Source: Fimbriimonadia bacterium
Lineage (GTDB): Bacteria; Armatimonadota; Fimbriimonadia; Fimbriimonadales; JABRVX01
Assembly (NCBI GenBank): GCA_041483895.1
Contig: JBGPGO010000006.1
Span: 96,001-160,000 of the forward strand
Reading direction: 5' to 3'
Length of the DNA stretch: 64,000 nt
Numbering within the stretch: the stretch's first letter is position 1; each line of letters begins with the position of its first letter. The notes beneath the pieces are model-generated. The model was not told the DNA's origin. It worked only from the letters and a program-made list of their open reading frames with translations, and made no database searches. Shown in pieces: positions 54,801 to 64,000 of the stretch. Made by a program: the position numbers and the translations under genes.

Positions 54801-56849
54801 ATGCAAGTAACGCTTGAATGGCTGAAAGAATATATCGAGTTCGACCTTGATGCGGAGAAGACCGCGCATCTGCTGACGATGGCGGGGCTGGAGGTCGAGG
54901 CGATCAAGGATTCGGAATTGGGGCCGGTCCTTGATGTCAAGGTCACGCCGAATCGTGGCGACTGCCTTAGCATCGTCGGGCTGGCGTGGGAGATCATGGC
55001 CAAGCTGGGCGATCAATGCACGCCGACCGAGCTGTGGGCGGAGTTCCGATCCGGTTGGAGCCTGGGCGATAAGAGAGGCGAGAACGAGGCGGCAAAGTTG
55101 GCTTCCGTGACGATTGAGGACGAAAATTTGTGCCCGCGATATGCCGCCCGGCTGGTACGTGGGTTCAGCATCGGCGCGTCAAGCGAACGGCTGCAAAAAC
55201 GGCTGATCGCATGCGGCATGCGGCCGATTTCCAACATCGTTGATGTCACCAACTATGTGATGATTGAGACCGGCCAACCGCTTCATGCGTTCGATCATGA
55301 CAAATTGGCGGAGGGCCGCATCGTCGTTCGACAGGCTAGTCCCGGCGAGAAGATTACCGTTATCGATGGGACGGAGTGTGAGGTCCTGCCTCCGATGTTG
55401 ATGATTTGCGATGCCAAGCGCCCTATTGCAATCGCCGGCGTGATGGGCGGCGCCGACAGCGAGGTAAGCGGAAAAACCACCAACATGCTCCTCGAGTCCG
55501 CCCATTTCTCGCCGACCGGCGTGCGAAAGACCTCCAAAGCGCTTGGCATTCGGACGGAGGCGAGCTATCGGTTTGAGCGGTCCGTGGATCGGGATGTCGT
55601 AATGACCGCTTTGAACCGGGCCGGGATGCTTATTGAGCGCGAAACAGGAGTAGCGCCGGTGCGCGGGTTCATCGATTGCTGGGCGGGAGATGATCTGCCG
55701 TCTGGCGGAGCGCAGTTTGAGGTTTCGGTTAAGCGGGCGTCGGCGTTGCTGGGCATGGAAGTTGATATTGAGACCTGCATCGATTATCTCAGCCGACTCG
55801 GCCTGAGCCTTCGCCCCATAAATGACGATCGAATCGTTGTGGGCGTCCCCGTGCGCCGACCCGATCTCGTCCGCGAAGAGGACATTATCGAGGAGATCGG
55901 GCGAATTCATGGATACGAGCACATTCCCGATGAGCTGCCGATGGGGCGGACGCTGCTCGGCAAGGAGACCCCGACGACCGCGTTTGAGACGGCGGTTCGG
56001 CGGGAGCTGATCGGGATGGGGCTAACGGAAGTTGTGAACCACTCGCTGCGCGCGCCGTCGTCGCTTGACCCGGCGGGGGAGACCATCGGGCCGCGCAACC
56101 CGATGAGCCCGGAGCTGAGCATCTTGCGGCCGTCGCTGCTTCTCGGGCTTGCGGCATCGCTCTTGCACAACGCGCGCCGTGGGAATCCGGACCTAGCGTT
56201 GTTCGAGATCGGACGAGTGTTCGAAGGCATGAAAGAGGTCAAGCACCTGGGAATCATGCTGTGTGGCCGCCGGGTTAGCCCGAATTGGCAGGCCGGTGAA
56301 AAGACCCCGCCGCACGATTTCTTCACGCTCAAGGGATTCCTAGAGACGCTCCTCGATCGAATTGGAGTGACGACGGAGATGGGTCCGGTTGAGAGCCCGC
56401 GGTTTCATCCAGGGAGATCGGCATGCTTCGTCGATCTCGGCATTTTCGGGGCGCTCAGCCCGGATGCCACAAATGCACAGGATTTGCCTGCGGGGACGTT
56501 GGCCGCCGAGCTATCTATGGACGCTTTGTTCGAACGGGCGAAGAGGGAGTACAGCTATACGCCGCCGCCGCGATTTCCGGCGGTGCGGCGGGATTTGGCA
56601 TTCGAAATCGCCAAATCGGTGGTGTATGCGACAATCGAGAAGGCCGTGCGATCCTCCGCCGGTGAGGCGTTGGAGGATGTGCGGCTGTTCGACGTATATG
56701 AGGGCAAAGGGATAGGTGAAGGCAACCACAGCCTGGCCATCGCACTGACCCTGCGGAAGCCGGACGGGACGATGACGGATGAAGAGGCAAACGCGATTCG
56801 AGAACAGGTTTTTGGGACGGTGGAGGGCCTGGGGGCGAGGCGAAGGTAG
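54801..56849 (+). CDS. pheT: Phenylalanine--tRNA ligase beta subunit (short form without the B2 domain)
   Basis: TPNRGDCLS, VDVTNYVM, GQPLHAFD, RPDL.REEDIIEE, FPAVRRDLAF FDX-ACB domain. Confidence 0.95.
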   Translation: MQVTLEWLKEYIEFDLDAEKTAHLLTMAGLEVEAIKDSELGPVLDVKVTPNRGDCLSIVGLAWEIMAKLGDQCTPTELWAEFRSGWSLGDKRGENEAAKLASVTIEDENLCPRYAARLVRGFSIGASSERLQKRLIACGMRPISNIVDVTNYVMIETGQPLHAFDHDKLAEGRIVVRQASPGEKITVIDGTECEVLPPMLMICDAKRPIAIAGVMGGADSEVSGKTTNMLLESAHFSPTGVRKTSKALGIRTEASYRFERSVDRDVVMTALNRAGMLIERETGVAPVRGFIDCWAGDDLPSGGAQFEVSVKRASALLGMEVDIETCIDYLSRLGLSLRPINDDRIVVGVPVRRPDLVREEDIIEEIGRIHGYEHIPDELPMGRTLLGKETPTTAFETAVRRELIGMGLTEVVNHSLRAPSSLDPAGETIGPRNPMSPELSILRPSLLLGLAASLLHNARRGNPDLALFEIGRVFEGMKEVKHLGIMLCGRRVSPNWQAGEKTPPHDFFTLKGFLETLLDRIGVTTEMGPVESPRFHPGRSACFVDLGIFGALSPDATNAQDLPAGTLAAELSMDALFERAKREYSYTPPPRFPAVRRDLAFEIAKSVVYATIEKAVRSSAGEALEDVRLFDVYEGKGIGEGNHSLAIALTLRKPDGTMTDEEANAIREQVFGTVEGLGARRR

Positions 56850-56863
56850 ACTGAACGAAATTG

Positions 56864-56935
56864 AACCCCCACCCTAACCCTCCCCCGCAAGCGGGAGAGG
56901 GAATCTCGAAGATAGCCGCACGCTTTCGCTTGCGG
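56864..56935. repeat. CCCACCCTAACCCTCCCCC..GGGAGAGGG hairpin plus TAGCCGCA..TTGCGG REP
   Basis: Shares motifs with 20041-20100, 54723-54781 and 37455-37479. Confidence 0.7.
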
Positions 56936-56943
56936 ACAGGAGA

Positions 56944-57267
56944 ATGAAAATGAGAACTTGGATACTAAGTTTGGCTGTGGCGGCAGTGATGGTCGCCGGA
57001 TGCGGCGGATCGAAGGATTCAGGCGGCGGAACCACGGAACCTGAGAGGACCAGTCAGACTTCCGGAGGCGGAGTGAAAGATGTGAGCAACGCGACCCTCG
57101 TCTGCGCTGTGTTGAAGGACAAGATTCCGGACAAATCCAAGGCGCTGCATTCCGATTACAACGGTAAGCGCTACTACTTCTGCTGCCCGATGTGCAAGCC
57201 GAAGTTTGATAAGGACCCGGCGAAGTATTCCAAGGATGCGCCTGTCGGTTCCTACGAGTCACTCTAG
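56944..57267 (+). CDS. YHS-domain lipoprotein (putative metal-binding)
   Basis: Lipobox VAGC; CAVL..DYNGKRYYFCCPMCKPKFDKDPAKY. Confidence 0.85.
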   Translation: MKMRTWILSLAVAAVMVAGCGGSKDSGGGTTEPERTSQTSGGGVKDVSNATLVCAVLKDKIPDKSKALHSDYNGKRYYFCCPMCKPKFDKDPAKYSKDAPVGSYESL

Positions 57268-57294
57268 CAGCGGGTATCCTTTCGTCGGCGGGCA

Positions 57295-58452
57295 ATGACG
57301 CCCGCGAAATCGTCTCAACGAGAGAGCACCCAAATGATTCTTCAGCTAACTGAGCGAGAGAAGCAGTTTCTCGCCACCGTCCGGGAGTTCGTCCGGACCG
57401 ACGTCCTGCCCTACCACCGCGAATGGGAAACCTCCATGTGGCCGGACTCGCTTTTCGACACGATGGCGCGCAACGGCATATTGCACATGGTTGTGCCACA
57501 GTCGCTTGGCGGGATCGGCGTGAGCTGCCAGACCTACGCGGAAGCAGTGCGGGAGATCGCGCGGGGAGACGGCGCGCTCGCGATGAATGTTGCCGCTCTC
57601 AACGCGCTATGCGCGGCTCATTTCGTCGATTTTGTAACCCAAGAGCAGCGAGAAAAATATCTGCCAGGAATTCTGAATGGTTCGATCCGGATGGCGTGGG
57701 GGCTGACCGAGCCGACGGCGGGGAGCGATGCGCGCGGCGTCCAAACCTGGGCCAAGCCAGACCCGGAATTGGGGCCGGACAGATATCGCATGAACGGCCA
57801 GAAGATGTTCATCACCAACGCCGGCCGAGCGCAGCTCATCATCATCATCGCCCGCGTTTCGGATGACGCCTTGGCGCCGTTTCTGCTGGAGACCAGCGAT
57901 CCGGGCTACGAGTTTACGCGGCGTATTCCAACGCTTGGCGTCAAGGCCAGCTTTACCGCGGAATTCAATTTGAAAGACGCCTTAGGTTGGCGTACGCCAG
58001 GGACGTTCGAAGAGGTAACGGGGCTCTTGTATCGGGGCCGGATCGGGATTGCCGGCATGGCGTTGGGCTTGGCGGAGATGGCGTTTGAGTCGGCGGTGGA
58101 GTATTCCAAGCAGCGAGAACAGTTCGGCAAACCGATCTGCAAGAACCAGGCGATTCAATGGATGCTTGCTGATTCGCGGGTGGAGATCGAGGCGGCGCGG
58201 CTCCTGATCCACAAGGCCGCTCGGATGTTCGACGAGGGCCAGCGGGTAGTAGAAGAGGCATCGCATGCGAAGCTGTTCTCGTCGGAGACCGCTCGCAACG
58301 TGACCAACCGGGCGATACAGATATTTGGTGGCCGGGGTTATACTTTGGATTACGATGTGGAGAAGTATTGGCGCGATGCCAAGCTATGCGAGATTGGAGA
58401 AGGCTCTTCTGAAGTCCAGCGTCTTATTATTGCCAAACAGGTCCTGCGTTGA
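57295..58452 (+). CDS. Acyl-CoA dehydrogenase family protein
   Basis: WGLTEPTAGSDA, NGQKMFITNA, REQFGKPI, AIQIFGGRGY, EIGEGSSEVQR; start may be 57334. Confidence 0.93.
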   Translation: MTPAKSSQRESTQMILQLTEREKQFLATVREFVRTDVLPYHREWETSMWPDSLFDTMARNGILHMVVPQSLGGIGVSCQTYAEAVREIARGDGALAMNVAALNALCAAHFVDFVTQEQREKYLPGILNGSIRMAWGLTEPTAGSDARGVQTWAKPDPELGPDRYRMNGQKMFITNAGRAQLIIIIARVSDDALAPFLLETSDPGYEFTRRIPTLGVKASFTAEFNLKDALGWRTPGTFEEVTGLLYRGRIGIAGMALGLAEMAFESAVEYSKQREQFGKPICKNQAIQWMLADSRVEIEAARLLIHKAARMFDEGQRVVEEASHAKLFSSETARNVTNRAIQIFGGRGYTLDYDVEKYWRDAKLCEIGEGSSEVQRLIIAKQVLR

Positions 58453-59465
58453 GCTATAGCCCTCCGCCCTCCCAACGGCGGGAGCGGAAGAGGCAGTTCC
58501 GTTTGCGGCCGCTCAATCTTGGGGAGATGTTGGACGAGGGGCTGGCGCTGTACCGGGCGAACGCGAAGCTGTTCCTGTCCGTCGTACTCGTTCCCGCGAT
58601 CTTGACCGGCATCATTTGGTCGATCTGCAATTTGGCATTCATCAACTCTATCGCAGCCTTCGGAACCGGATCGAAAGGCCCTACGGAGCAGCAGATGTTC
58701 CAATTCTTTGGGACGTTTGTTGTCGTTACGTTTGTTGCCGCGCCGATCATATTTCTCTTATGGGCCTATCAGCAGACGGGGCTGACGGTCGCGGTTGCCG
58801 ACCGGTATCTGAATAATCCGGCAACCGGGGCGAGCGTGCGCAAGCGGCTGCATGCGGTCTTTGGCAGAGTGATTGGCGCATATCTTTTGCTCGGCCTTAT
58901 CTTCGGGGCGTTGGTTGCTGGCATCAGCTTCACCGCGACGTTGGCCGCCGCCGGAGTGGCGGCTGCCAATCCGGCGCTTTCGGTCATTCCCGCCCTTCTG
59001 GGATGCTGCTTTATCGTTCCATGCGTCATGATTTTGCTTGTTTTCAGCTCGTTTCTCGGTCCTGCGATAGTGGTGGAGGACCTCGGGGTGAGCGCTGCGC
59101 TTGCCCGATGCTGGAAGCTGACGATGTCGGATTTTTGGCGGGCGCTTGGAATCGTCTTTGTCGTTTCAATCGTCTCGGGGATTCTGTCCATGATCGTTCA
59201 GGCGGCGATTCAGCTGCCGTTTTCGCTGTTCGGCATGGCATCGTTCTTTAGCGACGCCCCGATCAAGACGGACGTGCTCAACACAGCGCTGCAGGGACTG
59301 ATGACGCTATTGCAATCGTCGGCTTCCGCGCTGATTTTGCCGTTTTCCGTCGGCGTCACGGCGCTGCTGTACTTCGATGTTCGAATTCGGAAAGAGGGTT
59401 TTGACATTGAAATGCTCGCAAAGGCGATGGCTCCTGGCGGCGACAATCCTGGCTTTATGCTCTAG
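58449..59465 (+). CDS. Multi-pass membrane protein (GPDPase-membrane-domain-like)
   Basis: LRPLNLGEMLD..LYFDVRIRKEGFDIE; about six TM segments. Confidence 0.75.
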   Translation: MSYSPPPSQRRERKRQFRLRPLNLGEMLDEGLALYRANAKLFLSVVLVPAILTGIIWSICNLAFINSIAAFGTGSKGPTEQQMFQFFGTFVVVTFVAAPIIFLLWAYQQTGLTVAVADRYLNNPATGASVRKRLHAVFGRVIGAYLLLGLIFGALVAGISFTATLAAAGVAAANPALSVIPALLGCCFIVPCVMILLVFSSFLGPAIVVEDLGVSAALARCWKLTMSDFWRALGIVFVVSIVSGILSMIVQAAIQLPFSLFGMASFFSDAPIKTDVLNTALQGLMTLLQSSASALILPFSVGVTALLYFDVRIRKEGFDIEMLAKAMAPGGDNPGFML

Positions 59466-60336
59466 CGCGTTTTCTTCCGCAGAGGATGCATTGCGGGCGG
59501 CGCGCGATTATGCGTCGGGAAAAGGCGGTGGTTCGAGCGCCGCTGTCATTGAGAAACTGCATTCGGAAGGGATACGCGATCCGGAGCTGGAACGTTCGTT
59601 GCGCGGGAATCTCCAATCGAGGAAGAAGGCGATTGCCCGCATTTCGGAGCTGCGATCGGTATTGGAACTGCGCCATCCGGGATCGAAGATTGACGCGGAA
59701 AAGACTGCCCATGCGATCCTGAGCGATCCGATTTTCAAGAAGGCGAAGGCGGAGACAGGAGAGTCTGTTTTTGGCTCAATCGGCCGGTGGATTCGCGACC
59801 TGATCGAAAAGGTCGGCGCGTTCTTCCGCAGGCTGACGTCCGGGCTTTCCCCATCCGGCCCCGGGATTGCCAACTTCATATTTCTGATCATGATCTCCCT
59901 TGGGATCGCGGCCATCATCGTCGGCGCATACTTTGTCATCCGCAAATTCAACGTTCGGCTCGTCCGGCGGACGGGTTCCAAAGTTGTCGAGGCCGATGAA
60001 TATGTCTCCGCGAGCGTGAGCGACTGGCTTCGGCGCGCGGAACAGTACGCGGCGTCGGGGAATTGGCGATTGGCGGTCCGATGTCTGTACATGGCCACGC
60101 TCGCGCGGCTCGACGAGGCGGGGATGATCCGATACGAATCCGGCTTGACGAACTGGGAATATGTCCGAAGAACCCGGCGGTCGGGTGGGGAGCGCCTCCT
60201 GCCGATTTTGGAGCCAATGACGCTGGATTTCGACCAGTTTTGGTACGGCATGTTGGACCCCAACGATCGCGACTACGGACGGGCGCAAGCGGCATACACG
60301 GGAATTAGCGGCCTGATCGGGGAGCGTGCGGCGTGA
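59377..60336 (+). CDS. DUF4129 domain membrane protein
   Basis: AVRCLY..L..LD, TNWEY, FDQFWYG; start uncertain. Confidence 0.8.
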   Translation: MFEFGKRVLTLKCSQRRWLLAATILALCSSAFSSAEDALRAARDYASGKGGGSSAAVIEKLHSEGIRDPELERSLRGNLQSRKKAIARISELRSVLELRHPGSKIDAEKTAHAILSDPIFKKAKAETGESVFGSIGRWIRDLIEKVGAFFRRLTSGLSPSGPGIANFIFLIMISLGIAAIIVGAYFVIRKFNVRLVRRTGSKVVEADEYVSASVSDWLRRAEQYAASGNWRLAVRCLYMATLARLDEAGMIRYESGLTNWEYVRRTRRSGGERLLPILEPMTLDFDQFWYGMLDPNDRDYGRAQAAYTGISGLIGERAA

Positions 60337-61478
60337 AGATAGGCCGGTGGATGCTCGCCATCGCAGCCGTCTTGGCGGTGGGACTGTTTCTTGGGCTCTT
60401 TCAAGAGGGGATACGACCGGTGACAGACATGACATCCCACTCCACCTACTCCACCGATCCAGGCGGGACGGCCGCATTCTATCGATTGGTGGGAGAGGCG
60501 GGTCATGACGTAGAGCGCAATACGACACCGTTTGCCCAGTTGCAGCCGCGGCCAGGAGCGGTTGTCGTCCTTCTTCGGCAATTTCGGGGGATGGAAGGGG
60601 ACCTAACGCCCGAGATGAAGTCGTTGGTTGAACTCAGCAGGCGAGGCCAGAATGTCGTTTTGTTCGGCGTCGAGCATTTGAGCGCGCCGCAGGCATCGGT
60701 TTTCGGCCTTCGCGTGGTCCTCACGGAGGACCCCTCGCTCGATCCGGCGAATCCGTCGCTGCAACTCACGTCGTGGTTTTCGGAGCCGGGCGACGAGCGG
60801 ATCGTGGGAGAAGGTTGGATTCCGTTGCTTGGCGGGAAAGACGGTGCGTTCGCCTCCATTCGCCATTTCGATCAGGGTTGGATCGTCGCGTGCGTTTCGG
60901 CGGATGCCTTCATGAATCAGAATCTGGGTCAGAGCGGACATGCCGAATTGGGGCTGAAGGTCGTCGATTTGGCGGCTGCGGGCGGGAAGGCCGTTGCTTT
61001 CGACGAGACCCTCCACGGCTATTCGGAAGGGGATTCTCTTTGGACCCGCCTTGGGACAGCGGGGCGGGCGACGGTCTATCAGGCGCTGCTTGTATTCGCG
61101 GTTTTGGTGTTCAGCACGGGCAAAAGGTTTGGCTACCCCCTGCGGCGCCGTCCAAAGCAACCGCACACGGGTGAATATATCGAGGCCATCGCGCGGCTGT
61201 ATGAGCGGGCGAAGGCGCCGGGGTTGGCGTTGACCGCCATTCGCCGCGCAAGTATCCGCAAAATGGCCGCAATCGTACAATTGCCCGGAACAATTGAAGA
61301 GGAAAAGCTGCTTCAGCGCCTGCCGGTAGATTTACGGTCGGCGCTCCAGGAGTTCGACAATGTCGCCGGATCGGAACCAAACCAGGAGAGAGCAGTTCAG
61401 GCGACGGCGGCGCTAGACCGAGAAATTGAACGTTTTCGGTCGGACCGATCAACCAAAAGCCCGTTCAAAACATACTAA
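60333..61478 (+). CDS. DUF4350 domain membrane protein
   Basis: STYSTDPGGTAAFY, FMNQNL, FDETLHG, GKRFG, EYIEAIARLYERA. Confidence 0.8.
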   Translation: MKIGRWMLAIAAVLAVGLFLGLFQEGIRPVTDMTSHSTYSTDPGGTAAFYRLVGEAGHDVERNTTPFAQLQPRPGAVVVLLRQFRGMEGDLTPEMKSLVELSRRGQNVVLFGVEHLSAPQASVFGLRVVLTEDPSLDPANPSLQLTSWFSEPGDERIVGEGWIPLLGGKDGAFASIRHFDQGWIVACVSADAFMNQNLGQSGHAELGLKVVDLAAAGGKAVAFDETLHGYSEGDSLWTRLGTAGRATVYQALLVFAVLVFSTGKRFGYPLRRRPKQPHTGEYIEAIARLYERAKAPGLALTAIRRASIRKMAAIVQLPGTIEEEKLLQRLPVDLRSALQEFDNVAGSEPNQERAVQATAALDREIERFRSDRSTKSPFKTY

Positions 61479-61578
61479 TAGATCGTTTTGTGGGTAAAAT
61501 CGCCCAACCATAGGCAGGAAGTTCGGGGCCAATCCCTCGAGTCTGTGGTGAAGTATTGAACGGAGGAAATTAACCAAG

Positions 61579-61890
61579 ATGTTTAAGAAAATCATGTTGA
61601 TGCTCGTTGCGGGCGTGATCATGTCCTATGTCGTTGGCTGCAGCGGCAGCGGTGACACTGGCACCACCACCGAGAAGACGTCGACGACGACCGACACCGA
61701 TAAGAAGGCGGGCGGCGATTCAACGACGACCACCGATAAGACGACGACAACCACGACCGACAAAGGCACCATGGACACCGGGGCCCAGAAAAAGGATGAC
61801 GGAACAGTGGCGCCTGGTGGCGAGAAGAAGGAAGGCGACGGAGCCATGGCCCCGGGCGGCGACGCCACCAAGAAGGACGCGGGCAAGTAA
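61579..61890 (+). CDS. Low-complexity Thr/Asp/Lys-rich lipoprotein
   Basis: SD ggagg; lipobox VVGC; disordered body. Confidence 0.75.
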   Translation: MFKKIMLMLVAGVIMSYVVGCSGSGDTGTTTEKTSTTTDTDKKAGGDSTTTTDKTTTTTTDKGTMDTGAQKKDDGTVAPGGEKKEGDGAMAPGGDATKKDAGK

Positions 61891-61965
61891 GCCTTTCGTC
61901 TCTTTATGTAAGTTGGAACTTGGCCGCACGGCGCTTCCGTCGTGCGGCTTCACTATGAGAGATCT

Positions 61966-62556
61966 ATGAACATTTGCAAATGGCTGTTGCTTGCCGGGTT
62001 GCTTTCGTTCTTGGGGTGCCGTGGCCCGGCGGGGACTACGGCGGACCACAAAACCCCTGCCGCGAGAAATCCAGACAAATTCCGATTCGCATTGGACATC
62101 GATCATCCGAAGGTCACTATCCATCTGACGGAGCCGAAATCCGCTATCGAAGGAGCGATCCCGAAACCGGCTTCGGCCACCGCGTTATTGTCGTCCAAGA
62201 TGCCGGATGGCTTCTCCTATTCGGGTTGGTCCGACAAACAGAATCAACAGACCGTCGTCAACTGGTTCCGAAACGGGGCGCTGATTCTCGCATCCTATTC
62301 GATCGCGGGCCTGGATCGGTCGGCAGTGAATGAGCGCGTCCAGTCTTACGTCGACAAGTATGGGAAACCGGCGGAGGAGCAGAGCGCCGGTCATATGATT
62401 CGGCAGTTCGGAACGAGCTCGGACGCGAGCACGTTGCGATTGGAAACGTTCCGGAACGGCGATAGGTATCGGTTTTCCGCCACGCTGGCGGATGAGGATG
62501 AGGTACATGCCATGAACGAAGCGCTGAAATCGATTCGGGTGGGGAAAAAACCATGA
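61966..62556 (+). CDS. Hypothetical lipoprotein
   Basis: Lipobox FLGC. Confidence 0.65.
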   Translation: MNICKWLLLAGLLSFLGCRGPAGTTADHKTPAARNPDKFRFALDIDHPKVTIHLTEPKSAIEGAIPKPASATALLSSKMPDGFSYSGWSDKQNQQTVVNWFRNGALILASYSIAGLDRSAVNERVQSYVDKYGKPAEEQSAGHMIRQFGTSSDASTLRLETFRNGDRYRFSATLADEDEVHAMNEALKSIRVGKKP

Positions 62557-63086
62557 GAACTTTGATGATTGTGGCGTTCGCGGTCGCACTATGCGGCTGC
62601 GGCGGCAAGCAGAAAACCGCCGTTGCGCCGATCGCCAAGGAAGACGCAAAGCTCGTTCTTTTGGGTGTGGATCCCATGCCCCTTGGCGCCGATTCAAAGC
62701 AGGTGGAAGCCGCTTTTCCGCCGCCGGAAGACGCCAGCGCTCCTTCCGAGGATGATTTGAAGGTTCTGCCGGACCATCCATACTTTGCTTGGAAGGCGTC
62801 CAGTCAGGAGATCTTCGCCGCGGTGTTCGACAAGGATCATAAGTCCTTGCAGGAGGCGATCCATCGGATCCGGATTCAGGACACTAAGGAGGCGGAAGGG
62901 ATTTTCGCGGACTATGCAAAGCGGCTAGGGAAAGGGACGCGGCGCGAGGGCGACAATTGGATCGAGGTCAGCTATATCCGGGACGGGCAGAAGTTGGTTT
63001 TGTTCGCCAAGAAGGAGAACGACTTCTCGACGTTCAATTCGCACCTTTCGTATACTAGCAATACTGAGGAGGGTAAGAAATCATGA
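62553..63086 (+). CDS. Hypothetical lipoprotein
   Basis: Lipobox LCGC; ATGA overlap. Confidence 0.65.
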   Translation: MRTLMIVAFAVALCGCGGKQKTAVAPIAKEDAKLVLLGVDPMPLGADSKQVEAAFPPPEDASAPSEDDLKVLPDHPYFAWKASSQEIFAAVFDKDHKSLQEAIHRIRIQDTKEAEGIFADYAKRLGKGTRREGDNWIEVSYIRDGQKLVLFAKKENDFSTFNSHLSYTSNTEEGKKS

Positions 63087-63553
63087 GAATGATTGTAGCG
63101 GTATTTGCGTTGACGGCGTTGATGATTGCTGGGTGCAACGGTCCACCACCCCCGTCGGACCAGGACAAGGCAGGGACTCCATCAAAGCCGATTGCCGAAC
63201 CGCCGCAGCCGAAGGCCGACTATGCCGCATTGCGGAAGGCGGTTGAAGATTCCTTGGCGGCCTATAAGAAGAATCCAAAGGATGCGGATGCAACTTTGGG
63301 ATACTCCAAGGCGCTGACCGACTATGGCAATGCGATTCAAATGGACCCGGCGTTTTCAAACAAGATCAAGTATCGCCAGGCCATCCAGTTCTTTCGGAAG
63401 GCGGTGAAGCTCGACCCGAAAAATGATGAAGCTCAGGCATATTTGAATCAGATCGTGGCCATCTACCATTCAATCCCCAAACCGGTCCCCGGCGAGGCCG
63501 AGCCGAACTTGGAACTCCCGAAAGCGGAGTCGGGCGGCTCTCCTCAGGGATAG
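63083..63553 (+). CDS. TPR-containing lipoprotein
   Basis: Lipobox IAGC; YRQAIQFFRKAVKLDPKNDEA. Confidence 0.75.
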   Translation: MRMIVAVFALTALMIAGCNGPPPPSDQDKAGTPSKPIAEPPQPKADYAALRKAVEDSLAAYKKNPKDADATLGYSKALTDYGNAIQMDPAFSNKIKYRQAIQFFRKAVKLDPKNDEAQAYLNQIVAIYHSIPKPVPGEAEPNLELPKAESGGSPQG

Positions 63554-63557
63554 TCCA

Positions 63558-64000
63558 ATGAAGAGCTTCGATGTCAAGCCGGTTTCTGGAATCGAGCCGG
63601 CGCTGGGGCTGCAGCTTGCCATGCTGGCGAACACCACCTGGGAGGCGCGGGACGATTTGGGGCGCGTGGGCGTCGAGGCTTTGCGCTGGCAGGCCTTTCC
63701 CGGCGGGCACAGCATCGGGGGTGTTCTCCTTCATGTGATCGATGTGGAGGCCTATTGGGTCGAGCGGGTGGGGGCGAAGAAGCGGCCCGATCCGGAGGAG
63801 TTGAAGCTGCTCATGGCCGATGAGATAGACCAGGGCCGCGAGAAGTGGCCGACGCCGCCGAAGAGGCCGCTTTCCTGGTACTACGAGTTGCAGGATCGGG
63901 TTCGGGAGCGGACGATCCGGACAGTGGGGGAGCTTGGCCGTTCGGATTTGGCGTCGGAGCGATCGTCCGGCGGGCACAAGATGCGGTTTACGTTGCGATG
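63558..64000 (+). CDS. DinB/DUF664 family protein, 3'-truncated by the window edge
   Basis: Manual translation MKSFDVKP..LRWQAFPGGHSIGGVLLHVIDVEAYW; absent from the ORF track because no stop is reached. Confidence 0.75.
   Translation, partial: MKSFDVKPVSGIEPALGLQLAMLANTTWEARDDLGRVGVEALRWQAFPGGHSIGGVLLHVIDVEAYWVERVGAKKRPDPEELKLLMADEIDQGREKWPTPPKRPLSWYYELQDRVRERTIRTVGELGRSDLASERSSGGHKMRFTLR

Overview
A GC-rich bacterial chromosomal segment. Prepilin/DUF1559-type, SLH, dockerin-like and many lipoprotein genes together with lpxK suggest an Armatimonadota-like diderm, but this is an inference. The window is mostly housekeeping: dapF, ispH, miaB, tRNA-Leu(TAA), lpdA, gyrA, aspS, murA-mreB, ribF, mtaB, lpxK, tyrA-aroA-cmk-plsC, mrp, infC-rpmI-rplT-pheST. 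It also holds secreted proteins, lipoproteins and a small accessory patch at about 10.2-13.9 kb. The most distinctive feature is a REP-associated HUH tyrosine transposase (RAYT, 27200-27739) inside a mosaic of fixed-length 58-60 bp hairpins. These hairpins have covarying terminal stems and a variable G/T-rich interior. The family has about 15 clear copies at five intergenic loci plus two diverged copies, one of which appears to be translated in-frame inside ribF. At least four other palindromic repeat families and orientation-flipping 9-mer arrays also occupy the intergenic regions. Other points of interest are a small basic protein resembling the crenarchaeal chromatin protein Cc1, an orphan N6/N4 methyltransferase with a DVPF motif, a decaying tandem-duplicated beta-propeller gene and two candidate small RNAs. 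All calls were made by eye from motifs; no database search was run.
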